From: a virus | DNA length: 64,000 nucleotides | Virus record (IMG/VR): IMGVR_UViG_3300032242_000818 | Location: 32,001-96,000 of that record | Strand: one strand, 5' to 3' | Shown: piece by piece, positions 1 through 8,861 of the stretch | How the letters are laid out: each line of letters begins with the position of its first letter | Numbering within the stretch: position 1 is the stretch's first letter | Made by a program: the position numbers and the translations under genes | The notes under the pieces: generated by a model | The model's input: only the letters and a program-made list of their open reading frames with translations | What the model was told of the DNA's origin: nothing | Databases searched by the model: none

Positions 1-484
1 ATTGATAAGTCTTGCTATTAAATTTATTTTCTGTTTTACAGTTTGGCTCAACACCATCAATAGTATTAAATGCTCCATAAAATGGTTCGTTTAAATTTGT
101 TCTAGTGTCAGTAAAACAAATCTTATCAAGCCCACCATCAGGTAAATCAACATAATATGTAAACGATAAATGGTGGTCAGCGTGTGAATGCATTGGAACA
201 GCAACTTCTGCATTTACGTATGAAAGCCAAGATTTACCAATAACAATGTAAAAATTATTAAGGTTAATCTCCATTGTTTTTAAATATTCACTGGAAGAAG
301 CCACCACAAAATTATAGAAATTATCTAATTTTGAATTGTGGTGAACGTCATTATGCCCAGTATGCTCTCCAATTTTTTTTATTTCTAGATGTTTGTATTC
401 TTCTAGAAATATTCTTTTTAGTTCTTCTTTATTTGGATATTCAAAAGTTGCTAAAAGAGTTGGGAATATTTCTACTACGTTCAT
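1..484 (-). CDS. putative 2OG-Fe(II) oxygenase (TIGR02466-like), runs off the window edge
   Basis: Hand translation from ATG at 484 (ATGA overlap with upstream stop): MNVVEIFPTLL...KSWLSY...PMHSHADHHLSFTYYV; IFPT start, SW and HxH motifs; not in ORF track. Confidence 0.7.
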   Translation of the reverse strand, partial: MNVVEIFPTLLATFEYPNKEELKRIFLEEYKHLEIKKIGEHTGHNDVHHNSKLDNFYNFVVASSSEYLKTMEINLNNFYIVIGKSWLSYVNAEVAVPMHSHADHHLSFTYYVDLPDGGLDKICFTDTRTNLNEPFYGAFNTIDGVEPNCKTENKFNSKTYQ

Positions 485-1050
485 ACGTAATTTACATTTA
501 TAACTACACGAGTATCGTGATATAGTGGGTTACTTGCAGTATGATAGTGGAATCCATCTAGGATAACTGCACGATTCTCAATTGGTTTTATTCTTTCTTG
601 AATTGTAAAAGATTTCAGATTTTTACCAGTATAATGTTCATTAAATACATATGTGTCACCATCTGTGTCATTCATGTAAAGGATTAAAGTTTTATGTGGG
701 AAATGGTAATCAATGTGCGGTAAATTATAATTTCCATCAATAAATCCATGTTTAAAACATTTCATACCAAGACGAATTCTTTTAAATTTAGTTTCTGGAC
801 CATTTAATCCTATTATACGTTTCATAACTGGAACCATAAAACCCAATGCTTCAGAGTCACCGTATTCTATTTCTGAATTGAATATATCCCTATTGAACCC
901 CCATGTATCTTGCGCCATTGAATCGATAATACCATGTTCATTGTGACCAAGGGATAGATTTTCGCCATAATACCAATGTGGTCTTGGACCTAGTACGTAT
1001 TCTTTTACTATCTTATAATCTTCATCAGACAAAAAATTATCAATTATCAT
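481..1050 (-). CDS. 2OG-Fe(II) oxygenase superfamily protein
   Basis: IIDNFL start, PHID (HxD), LILYMN.DGDT, distal HYH, R.VIN.N terminus. Confidence 0.8.
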   Translation of the reverse strand: MIIDNFLSDEDYKIVKEYVLGPRPHWYYGENLSLGHNEHGIIDSMAQDTWGFNRDIFNSEIEYGDSEALGFMVPVMKRIIGLNGPETKFKRIRLGMKCFKHGFIDGNYNLPHIDYHFPHKTLILYMNDTDGDTYVFNEHYTGKNLKSFTIQERIKPIENRAVILDGFHYHTASNPLYHDTRVVINVNYV

Positions 1051-1811
1051 TTTTCAAATCCAAATGGACATTTAGGTTTAGGATTATTTTCATTATACTC
1101 TTTAATCCAACGTGTATATCTTTCTGGACGAATCATATCATATTCGTCTGGTATACCAATTTTAGAAAATTCTTCTTGAGAGACTAGATGATGTTTTAGT
1201 ATTACAGTTTTATCGGTTACTGGAACCATGTGCACTAATGGTGTACCAGATTCAATCATAAATTTATCAACATTTTTATTTACAAACATATTTACATTAG
1301 TCTGTGACTGGTAATCATATGATACACTGCCAGGCAGAACAGTAAAATTGTTTGTATGTTTATGCAAATTCCATGCTGGTGAATTCCACAAAAACTGAAT
1401 TCCAGTTTTTTCGCGCAACCTCCATGGACCTTCTAATTTTACATGGATATAATTTTCAAAAATATTACCAAATTGTTCTCTTGAGTGTATTTGATACTGA
1501 AATGGTAAACCTACCATCGCAACTGCAGTTTTATTTTCTAATGATGATTTTGGCTCTGCTAAAAAATCTGTCCACATTGGTATAATAAATCCTTGTTTGT
1601 AAAGATTTATTAACCCAATACATTTTCTTATTGTTGCAGATTGATATTTTATTTTTGTGCTATTATCTATTTGATCATAGAAATTAGGCATTACTTTGGC
1701 TTCTTCTGGAAAATACTTTATAGCTGGTCTAATTTTATACAAATCATATACACTTCTATGGATTGTAAAACAGTCGACTATAATTTCTTTTCTTTTAAAC
1801 CAAAATATCAT
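1047..1811 (-). CDS. hypothetical protein (DUF6065/dUTPase-like fold suspected), C-terminal KCPF; paralog of 3249-4007
   Basis: GFIIPMW, PW..EK.G, PG.V, GTPLVH motifs; ends KCPFGFEK. Confidence 0.6.
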   Translation of the reverse strand: MIFWFKRKEIIVDCFTIHRSVYDLYKIRPAIKYFPEEAKVMPNFYDQIDNSTKIKYQSATIRKCIGLINLYKQGFIIPMWTDFLAEPKSSLENKTAVAMVGLPFQYQIHSREQFGNIFENYIHVKLEGPWRLREKTGIQFLWNSPAWNLHKHTNNFTVLPGSVSYDYQSQTNVNMFVNKNVDKFMIESGTPLVHMVPVTDKTVILKHHLVSQEEFSKIGIPDEYDMIRPERYTRWIKEYNENNPKPKCPFGFEK

Positions 1812-2557
1812 TTCTTTTCGAATCCCATATCTTTCATCATGTTCTCAAGCATATCTCCAGCATTATCATCAGTAAGAATTGCTGGGTCTTCATTTAGACC
1901 ACGCCACGCTTCAATTTTAAATTTAGGTTTCTTGCCATCAACAGTCCATTTCTTGCCATTCCAATGAGCAAACTTATAGAATGGCCAATTACCTTCTTTA
2001 GTTTCATAAAAACCTACGTAGTGTGGGTTATTATCAATAGGATACCATTCAGTAACTGTTGCTTCGTATTCCTCACGCTCACGATCGGCTTCTTCTTCTT
2101 CTAACCAATCTTCATGACGACCAATTAGATCAGTAAAATCAAGCAGTTCATCAGGCAAATTTTCTAGACTATCACGATCGCTGATATCATATTCATAGAA
2201 GTCATCATAACCATCAGCAAAGCGACCACAGAAACCCATTCCAGATTCCCAGTACATTGCTTCTACTGTGTATCCATTTTCTTCCATGAATTCATAGAGA
2301 GCCAATGGTGGTGACCAAGCAGAATCAAACGAAACCCAAATAGTATTATCGTCTTGTCGTTCCCAGTCATGAATCATAGCATCCCACTTGGTGCCCCAAT
2401 TATTAACTGACCATTCATAATCCCACTCTCCACTTGGATTAGGATAGATGGTGTTGAATATTTGAATGTTATCACTTTTAAGATTTGCTTCTATCGCATC
2501 AATCTTAGATTTATCTGGATGGGTAATTGTTAATGTATTGTCACACCAATTTGGCAT
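1808..2557 (-). CDS. YubB/Api92-like ferredoxin-like domain protein (DUF1281-like)
   Basis: MPNWCDN start, NNWGTKWD, FDSAWSPP, Y.ESGMGFCG motifs. Confidence 0.75.
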   Translation of the reverse strand: MPNWCDNTLTITHPDKSKIDAIEANLKSDNIQIFNTIYPNPSGEWDYEWSVNNWGTKWDAMIHDWERQDDNTIWVSFDSAWSPPLALYEFMEENGYTVEAMYWESGMGFCGRFADGYDDFYEYDISDRDSLENLPDELLDFTDLIGRHEDWLEEEEADREREEYEATVTEWYPIDNNPHYVGFYETKEGNWPFYKFAHWNGKKWTVDGKKPKFKIEAWRGLNEDPAILTDDNAGDMLENMMKDMGFEKK

Positions 2558-2573
2558 AATATAAACTCCATAA

Positions 2574-2792
2574 TTAAAGGTTTTTGATTTTGGCTATCAC
2601 TTGCTCTGCTGCTTTCATCCCTTCTTTCTCCATCATATCATCAAACAATTCTTCTCGTGCTAGTTGAATGTTGTTTAATACTATCATGGCTTCTCGTTCG
2701 TCCATAGAGTTGAGCATCATTTTGAACTCATCCTCTTCTAAACTTAGAAGGAATAAAATAAAGTTTCTATCTTCGTCTTCAAGATGTCGCAC
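2574..2792 (-). CDS. hypothetical protein
   Basis: 72-aa ORF tiling the operon. Confidence 0.6.
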   Translation of the reverse strand: MRHLEDEDRNFILFLLSLEEDEFKMMLNSMDEREAMIVLNNIQLAREELFDDMMEKEGMKAAEQVIAKIKNL

Positions 2793-3210
2793 TTTCTTTG
2801 GCTTTCTTTTCTAATGGTGGTACGAACCCAGCATCAGTTACCAATTTTCGTGTGATCTTTGGATACTTCTTATGTAGTGTCTGGTCTTTGACTGCAATCA
2901 AGACTTCTGCTTCAGTAGGATGACAACCCTCAAGCATAGAGATAAACAAACTCTCACGTTTTAATGCTGTCAAATCTGCTCGGCAGAAAACATACAACCT
3001 ACGCATTTCACTGAACAGATTAGTTGGGGTCATACCCAATGGTTCAGCTGCAGGTTTAAATGGTGGTTCACCTTCAGGAAGAATCATTTTCTTTGAAGGT
3101 TCAAACGCATATTCAAAAATTAATTTCAGAACAGCATCATCTTTAAAAATTTCAATTGCTTTTGGATCCGAATTTATCTCTTCAAGCATTTGGGTTACAT
3201 ACTTACGCAT
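2779..3210 (-). CDS. conserved T4-like phage protein (DUF6433-like)
   Basis: LPEGEPPF, KRESLFISMLEG.HP.EA motifs; GAGGA RBS; typical position after rnh. Confidence 0.7.
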   Translation of the reverse strand: MRKYVTQMLEEINSDPKAIEIFKDDAVLKLIFEYAFEPSKKMILPEGEPPFKPAAEPLGMTPTNLFSEMRRLYVFCRADLTALKRESLFISMLEGCHPTEAEVLIAVKDQTLHKKYPKITRKLVTDAGFVPPLEKKAKESATS

Positions 3211-3211
3211 A

Positions 3212-3245
3212 TTAAAATTCCTCTAGTTCATTCAGATAGTTCATA
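3212..3245 (-). repeat. internally deleted duplicate of the rnh 3' end
   Basis: 3212-3231 matches 4010-4029 (19/20) and 3232-3245 matches 4057-4070 (14/14). Confidence 0.8.
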
Positions 3246-3248
3246 TTA

Positions 3249-4007
3249 TCAATTTCTTCCAAAACCAAATGGACATTTCTTATCCACTAATTTTGTCATA
3301 CTTTTGTTATTCTTATAATCTACAGCATTTCGTTGATTATGAAGCATTCTTTCCATCTCATGGTCGCTTATGATATGATTCTTTACATTTATTTTTTTAT
3401 CAGAAATGGGGATTAGATGTATTAGTGGATCACCAGCCTTTAATTTAACAATACTTCCCTTTTTTATAAATGTATTTATACTTGTGGATCCTTGAGTTTT
3501 AAAATCAATAACACCAGATAGTAGATGCATATCATTTAAATATGAAGTATTATTCCACATGCAAGCGTTCCAACTAAATTTTACTCCACTTTTCTCACGA
3601 AATACCCATGGAGATACAATTTTTAATTGTGAACAATCTGGGTATATTTCATATCCTGTTTGTTTTCTATCATGATGCTCAACATTAATTTTTACAAGCG
3701 GAGCATGATATCCAGCAACACAAAAATTGTTTTCATCAATCATCTCTATTTGATAGTCTAACCAATTTGGAATAATGAATCCTACTGAAAATAAATCTCT
3801 AAAACCATTACAGTGTTTTAAATTTAATTCCTGTATAGTCATTCTAGAGTTTGGGTGTTTGTTTACTTTTATTTGATTGTTATGCGCTAAAGATTTCCAC
3901 CAAGAAGGTATAAATTCCTTTGCTCTCTCAATTTTAAAATTATTATAAACAAGTTCATCATTGGTGAAACAATCTACAACAATTTCTTTTGTTTTAAACC
4001 AAAACAT
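3249..4007 (-). CDS. hypothetical protein, paralog of 1047-1811
   Basis: MFWFK.KEI.VDCFT start, GFIIP.W, PW..REK.G, G.PL.H, ends KCPFGFGRN. Confidence 0.6.
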   Translation of the reverse strand: MFWFKTKEIVVDCFTNDELVYNNFKIERAKEFIPSWWKSLAHNNQIKVNKHPNSRMTIQELNLKHCNGFRDLFSVGFIIPNWLDYQIEMIDENNFCVAGYHAPLVKINVEHHDRKQTGYEIYPDCSQLKIVSPWVFREKSGVKFSWNACMWNNTSYLNDMHLLSGVIDFKTQGSTSINTFIKKGSIVKLKAGDPLIHLIPISDKKINVKNHIISDHEMERMLHNQRNAVDYKNNKSMTKLVDKKCPFGFGRN

Positions 4008-4009
4008 TA

Positions 4010-4903
4010 TTAAAAGTCCTCTAGTTCATCTAACAATAAACGACATTTGTGTTCAATCAGATAGTTCATAATCGCCATCTTATCTCCAGTCGGTCTATTA
4101 TTTATGTAAGCATCTACGATGGTTTTAGAAACATCCTCTGGGATAAAATCAAAGTCAACCAGAGTTGCATTACGTTGCCAGTTGCGACGTTCTTCATCAT
4201 TTTTACATGCGATGAAACCATTTTCAAAGAATTCTTGGAGACGCTTTGCGCTCATAGGTTTCTGGCGTTCGCCCTTCATAAAGACATCATCTTTACTTAG
4301 AATATTTGGTACTCCATCACCAGCATCACCTTTGACGATATGTTCAATCTTATGCTCAATGATTTCTTTCTTAGTTGCAGTAATATACTTCTTCTGCATA
4401 GGCGACCACTGCTTTACAGTAGGATATAATTGAAGTTGTTTAAAGTCTTTATCAGAGGAAAGGATAAGAATTTTCTGTGGTTCTTCAACTAGACCTTCTT
4501 GAATCAATTCATTATCTTGAGCATATTTTGTAAGAACAGCAATAATATCATCGGCTTCAGCACGATCGATATGCATAACTTTATATGGGAAATACTTAGC
4601 AATGTCTGTGCGCATCTCTGATAAAGTATCAAAGATCAAACCCCAATCAAGATCTGATTTATCTCGATTTGCTTTACGCATACCTTTGTAAAATTCAAAG
4701 TATTCTTTGCGCCAGTACTTACGTCCATCGCAACAGATAACTACATCACCATATTCTTTGCCATACTTTTTCTTATATGACTTGATTGTAGATAAAGTTA
4801 CATGACGAATTAAGTTTTTAACTTCAGATTCTGTTCCTTTCAACTCGCGTTGAAATGTCAAAATGGCTGCGAGGGCTACCTGTGAATAATCAATTAGAAT
4901 CAT
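4010..4903 (-). CDS. rnh: T4-type RNase H / 5'-3' exonuclease
   Basis: MILIDYSQ start (ATG at 4903), YWRK...YK..R, EADDIIA, SSDKDFKQL, GDAGDGVPN. Confidence 0.95.
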   Translation of the reverse strand: MILIDYSQVALAAILTFQRELKGTESEVKNLIRHVTLSTIKSYKKKYGKEYGDVVICCDGRKYWRKEYFEFYKGMRKANRDKSDLDWGLIFDTLSEMRTDIAKYFPYKVMHIDRAEADDIIAVLTKYAQDNELIQEGLVEEPQKILILSSDKDFKQLQLYPTVKQWSPMQKKYITATKKEIIEHKIEHIVKGDAGDGVPNILSKDDVFMKGERQKPMSAKRLQEFFENGFIACKNDEERRNWQRNATLVDFDFIPEDVSKTIVDAYINNRPTGDKMAIMNYLIEHKCRLLLDELEDF

Positions 4904-5540
4904 TATTTTGTCTCGGATCAGTTGTTGATAAAAATATGGCATTACAATATCTGCCGTGACCAGATAATTTTTGGTCAAGTTTGGATTTAATCTCCTTTGC
5001 TTGATGCATAGTAGAAGATAGTATTACTACAGCCCTATTGTGTTTCGGTTCGATTGTTGCTTCTTTATTTGAATTGCAAGAGTAAACTACTAGTTCACCA
5101 CCTTCAAATTGTTTTGGCTCAGTGAAAAAATAATTTAAAATAGTAAAGAAAAATGCATCTTTGTGTGGTTTATAGTATTGAGAATTTTCATAATAAGAAA
5201 CTAAATGACATCTTGAATTACAATCAAATAAACTCTTGAACATTGTATTATATTCTAGTAATTTACTTTTAAATGTTTCATTTCCTGTTTGTTTCATACC
5301 ATGTGATATCAATGCAGAATGTTTCCAGTTCTTGAAAACTTCTTCTAGGAATATACCGTTCTTAGATGTAAGAATCTCTCCATCTCTATCCTCAGCTGCT
5401 TTTAATTTGGTTTCATCTACCATGACCGATGGCTTTGTCAACCATTTTAACTCAAGCATGATTTCTTTAAGTTGATCTTGCGTATAGAAATTATCAATAA
5501 CAACTGCATCAATACCATCTGAAATATAATTAAATTCCAT
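4890..5540 (-). CDS. 2OG-Fe(II) oxygenase (prolyl-hydroxylase-like)
   Basis: VIDNFY, YYKPHKD (HxD), FEGGEL, distal H, GRY. Confidence 0.85.
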   Translation of the reverse strand: MEFNYISDGIDAVVIDNFYTQDQLKEIMLELKWLTKPSVMVDETKLKAAEDRDGEILTSKNGIFLEEVFKNWKHSALISHGMKQTGNETFKSKLLEYNTMFKSLFDCNSRCHLVSYYENSQYYKPHKDAFFFTILNYFFTEPKQFEGGELVVYSCNSNKEATIEPKHNRAVVILSSTMHQAKEIKSKLDQKLSGHGRYCNAIFLSTTDPRQNNDSN

Positions 5541-6676
5541 TAAAATGCGCCGAGGATAATAGTTTCTTCGTTGATACGACCATTTGGTTGAGCTGGTTTT
5601 GTCTTGAGTGTTTTCAAAGCATTACTAAGAGCACGCTTTCCCATAGACAATCCCTTAAAAAATTCTTCTGGTTTGCGTAGTGTGAATGCTTTAGATTCTT
5701 TGATATCAAACCCAATAATAGTTGTTCCCTTAACAGAAACAGTACCATTCTCGGCACGATAAACACCTACACGACGATACTTAGTATTATAGAACCATAC
5801 TTCGCTAGAACCAATTATACCTGTTGGGTTTATAGATTTCAAATTTAGTTCAGCAAACTCTTTGAGATACTTTATCTTTGCAACCATCTTGGTTGGAGAA
5901 ACTTCTTTGCGCTTACGTGGAGCACGATTTGTTTTTGCAGTCTGAACCATTTGATTACAGTCAGCAATAATATTATTAACAAATTCAGAAAATCGTTTGA
6001 GTTCTCTTTTAGTTAGATGTGAATAACCTTCTACCAATTGCTCATCAACTTCTGCAATGGCGTCCTCAATTTCTTTGGCAGTACCAACAAACAACTCTCC
6101 AATGCGTTTAGCAATCGGTCCAGCCACTTGATTCGCCAGCAAATAATTCTTTGTCGAAAAATCGGACTTGCAACCATTGAGCACAAAGTCGTCAATTGCT
6201 CCTTCAATTTCACCAGCCAAGTCATGAGCCTTATCTTCCATTCTTTGTTGAATTGATATAACATTAGATGGCATGGCTTCTTTTGCTGCAGCTGCATCTT
6301 TCTTGTCTTGTTTGTCTTGAGACCTTTGACGCAGTTTTATCTGAGCAAGTAATTTCTCAGTACCTTCATTATAATGTCTCATTTCATTTTCTTGAAGTTC
6401 AGAACCGATATCCATTAGTCGAGCAAGAATACCTGCAGTGCGGAAATGGTATTCATCAACCTTTAGAAGTTCGACTGCTACTTTCTTGTCGATCTTTGCA
6501 TAATGGCTGATGAACCATTTCTTCTTATCTTTATCATCAGTGTTAGAATTATAGTAATTCAACACATGGAGTAAATCACGCATGTAGTTTTCTTGTGTGA
6601 GTACTTGCTCATCACCTTTCATAAATGCCTCAGCCTTTGCTGTTGCTGCTCTACGTTTTGCGGTATTCACTGCCAT
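5540..6676 (-). CDS. conserved hypothetical protein of T4-like phages
   Basis: 378 aa; LVEGYS, SINP..IIG, NTKYR, VKGTTI.GFD, TLRKPEE, NGRINE motifs. Confidence 0.75.
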   Translation of the reverse strand: MAVNTAKRRAATAKAEAFMKGDEQVLTQENYMRDLLHVLNYYNSNTDDKDKKKWFISHYAKIDKKVAVELLKVDEYHFRTAGILARLMDIGSELQENEMRHYNEGTEKLLAQIKLRQRSQDKQDKKDAAAAKEAMPSNVISIQQRMEDKAHDLAGEIEGAIDDFVLNGCKSDFSTKNYLLANQVAGPIAKRIGELFVGTAKEIEDAIAEVDEQLVEGYSHLTKRELKRFSEFVNNIIADCNQMVQTAKTNRAPRKRKEVSPTKMVAKIKYLKEFAELNLKSINPTGIIGSSEVWFYNTKYRRVGVYRAENGTVSVKGTTIIGFDIKESKAFTLRKPEEFFKGLSMGKRALSNALKTLKTKPAQPNGRINEETIILGAF

Positions 6677-6685
6677 GATATATCC

Positions 6686-6874
6686 TTACTTAGATTTAAA
6701 AGAGAGACCAGTTGAACCACCCACTACGCCACCAAGAATTAAAGCAGCACACCAAGTGTCAAATGAGATCGGAATGTTAAGAACAGGGAACAATGTATTC
6801 AATGACCAAATAGTTGCGACTGGCGCAAGAATAAGCAAGAGAACAACAAAACCAATTGCAAATAGATATTTCAT
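6686..6874 (-). CDS. small membrane protein
   Basis: two hydrophobic segments, IWSLNTLF motif. Confidence 0.65.
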   Translation of the reverse strand: MKYLFAIGFVVLLLILAPVATIWSLNTLFPVLNIPISFDTWCAALILGGVVGGSTGLSFKSK

Positions 6875-7167
6875 AGTGAGAACTCCACTTTAGTTACTGA
6901 TTCCCAGCGGAAAGATCTCCACTCGGACTTTTCGGTATCAAAGACCCGAACTGCGGATCCATTAGACGTGGTAGGCGAACCTGTGGTTTTTGGGATTTTA
7001 TCTGTTGGGATATTACTTTCGACAAGGGTGCAACGCATTGCTCTTTCGCTGCCATCTTGTTTGGTGAAAGTAACGCACAAATCTTTGATGTTTGCATCGT
7101 GGAGTACTCCGAGAGTCCAGGTTTTAAATTCTTCAAATTCTTTGTCATTCTTGAATACTGTTTGCAT
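6871..7167 (-). CDS. SH3/WYL-like fold protein (DUF2693-like)
   Basis: VTFTK.DG.ER.MRCT and VFD.EK.EWRSFR motifs. Confidence 0.8.
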   Translation of the reverse strand: MQTVFKNDKEFEEFKTWTLGVLHDANIKDLCVTFTKQDGSERAMRCTLVESNIPTDKIPKTTGSPTTSNGSAVRVFDTEKSEWRSFRWESVTKVEFSL

Positions 7168-7390
7168 TATCTAATCTCACTTTCAATTCATTAATTATAG
7201 GTCCAAAAAATTCAATAAACTCTTTTGTTGAATAGAAACTTGTATAACCTGTGTCAGTTATATTCTTTCCATTTTCATCATCGAGTTTTTGTTTGATGGT
7301 AAATTCAACGAGATCATACGCATGAGTCTTAACCTTAATTTGTCTGGTCAATCCAGCAGTATGAATTTCCCATTCATAATCCATTGACAT
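7145..7390 (-). CDS. hypothetical protein
   Basis: 81-aa ORF with AAGGT RBS, tiles operon. Confidence 0.6.
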   Translation of the reverse strand: MSMDYEWEIHTAGLTRQIKVKTHAYDLVEFTIKQKLDDENGKNITDTGYTSFYSTKEFIEFFGPIINELKVRLDNANSIQE

Positions 7391-7517
7391 AATCTACCTT
7401 TCTATGTTTTGGTTGACGTGTATACTTGACCTTGGAATCCACTGTACGCATGCGGTACTTTGGTGTTCGCAAATCTTTTGCTACTAGATTTCTTGGTCTC
7501 ATAGGTCTATTATACAC
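7374..7517 (-). CDS. small basic protein with ArfA-like sequence
   Basis: Hand translation (GTG after GAGGA): MYNRPMRPRNLVAKDLRTPKYRMRTVDSKVKYTRQPKHRKVDYVNGL; not in ORF track. Confidence 0.6.
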   Translation of the reverse strand: MYNRPMRPRNLVAKDLRTPKYRMRTVDSKVKYTRQPKHRKVDYVNGL

Positions 7518-7526
7518 TTTATCCTC

Positions 7527-7748
7527 TTACAAAGCAAATTTCTTTAACAGTTCTTTTGCATCAGTTGTATCACGAACTTCGTTATCAAGTTCAGCCATGA
7601 TAACCAATCGTTGTAACAACTCAGCTTCCTTCTGCAAATGTTCATCCAGAGAATTATACCATTCAAAGTAGTCTTCCTCTGAATCAAGATTCCACATAAT
7701 ATTCAACATCCTTTTTTGACGCTTACTAACACCTTGGATTTGAATCAT
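7527..7748 (-). CDS. hypothetical protein
   Basis: 73 aa, ATGA-coupled to upstream gene. Confidence 0.6.
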   Translation of the reverse strand: MIQIQGVSKRQKRMLNIMWNLDSEEDYFEWYNSLDEHLQKEAELLQRLVIMAELDNEVRDTTDAKELLKKFAL

Positions 7749-8047
7749 GCTGCTTCCTTAAAAATACTTGTCCACATTTTAAGTTTATTCAACTTCTCGG
7801 CTTTTGCAGTCAACACAGATGACTCACTAACCATACCTGAATCAATTAGTAGGTCAATCATACACATTAAATCACCAATTTCTTCTTCTAGGTGTTCACG
7901 ATTAGAGAGACCCTTGTGGGTATCTTCCATTCCAAACCTAAAAACTTTACTTATGGCTTGGGTAACTTCAGCACATTCTTCTTGAGTGATCAAGAGGATC
8001 TCCCGATTCACTTCATTAATTTCTTTCATTTTCATAAATTTATTCAC
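7745..8047 (-). CDS. MazG-like nucleotide pyrophosphohydrolase
   Basis: QEECAEV.QAISK..RFG and LEEEIGDL acidic motifs. Confidence 0.8.
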   Translation of the reverse strand: MNKFMKMKEINEVNREILLITQEECAEVTQAISKVFRFGMEDTHKGLSNREHLEEEIGDLMCMIDLLIDSGMVSESSVLTAKAEKLNKLKMWTSIFKEAA

Positions 8048-8192
8048 TTGTTACCTCATTCCAACGCTGTTCAACAATTTCATTCACAAACTCAATAGGA
8101 CAATTCAAAGAGTTTGCAATTTCTTCACAAGACCACTTAGTAGTGTCAAGAAGGTAATTAATATTTTCCCACAAATCTTTCATAGCAGCCAT
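8040..8192 (-). CDS. small hypothetical protein (possible HTH)
   Basis: Hand translation MAAMKDLWENINYLLDTTKWSCEEIANSLNCPIEFVNEIVEQRWNEVTSE; GAGG RBS. Confidence 0.6.
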   Translation of the reverse strand: MAAMKDLWENINYLLDTTKWSCEEIANSLNCPIEFVNEIVEQRWNEVTSE

Positions 8193-8199
8193 AAAAACC

Positions 8200-8400
8200 T
8201 CACTCAACAAATTGTTTAAAAATCACATTATTATAAACTTCACCGATATAAGAACCGAACGTAGTTTCATAAACAAAAACATTAGAATCAGCAGCACCGA
8301 CCGCAAATTCATATTCAGAAGCCATCATATCAGCATCAGCCCGATTATCAGTCACAGCGATAGTAGCTTCACCATCAAAAACTAAAAAAACTTTTTTCAT
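8200..8400 (-). CDS. hypothetical early protein
   Basis: first ORF after promoter at 8432-8460; AAGGTG RBS before MKKVFLV. Confidence 0.6.
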   Translation of the reverse strand: MKKVFLVFDGEATIAVTDNRADADMMASEYEFAVGAADSNVFVYETTFGSYIGEVYNNVIFKQFVE

Positions 8401-8431
8401 TTTTATCACCTTTTTCATCATTTATACAACT

Positions 8432-8512
8432 ATTATACCCCATCATGCAATGAAAGTAAAGCGAAATGTTGTGATCCCCTCAGAAAGTGAGGGGATTCGT
8501 AAGTTGTTAATA
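8432..8512 (-). promoter_or_regulatory. sigma70-type early promoter with upstream inverted repeat and IHF-like site (copy 1)
   Basis: TTTACT-17 bp-TATAAT; ATCCCCTCA-N5-TGAGGGGAT at 8474-8496; TATTAACAACTTA on minus strand. Confidence 0.8.
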
Positions 8513-8520
8513 CTAAAGGG

Positions 8521-8739
8521 TTATTTAGAGGGGAATAATCGGTCTATGAAGTGAGACTCAAACATTCGGTCTATTTTGCGCCCAAGAGCAGGATGCAAAG
8601 TTAAAAGCATTTGGAAAATGATAACTATTGCAACAGCAGAAATTATCCAAAGAGCCGAAAGGATTGGTACTGTTACAAATGCAAGAACCCATGCTAGAAT
8701 CTGGCAAAGTTTTAATAAGATTTTGTATAAAGAAGTCAT
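8521..8739 (-). CDS. small membrane protein
   Basis: long hydrophobic stretch; ATGA-coupled. Confidence 0.55.
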   Translation of the reverse strand: MTSLYKILLKLCQILAWVLAFVTVPILSALWIISAVAIVIIFQMLLTLHPALGRKIDRMFESHFIDRLFPSK

Positions 8740-8861
8740 TTTGCTTCTTCTTTCTTGCGTTCAATTGGTGTTGGAAAATATGGTTCAATGACATAGTGGT
8801 TTGCGCCATACCATCCAATAGCAGAAAAGAATCCAACAACTACCCATCCAGCGATTATCAT
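8736..8861 (-). CDS. small membrane protein
   Basis: Hand translation MIIAGWVVVGFFSAIGWYGANHYVIEPYFPTPIERKKEEAK; GGAG RBS; coupled on both sides. Confidence 0.6.
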   Translation of the reverse strand: MIIAGWVVVGFFSAIGWYGANHYVIEPYFPTPIERKKEEAK

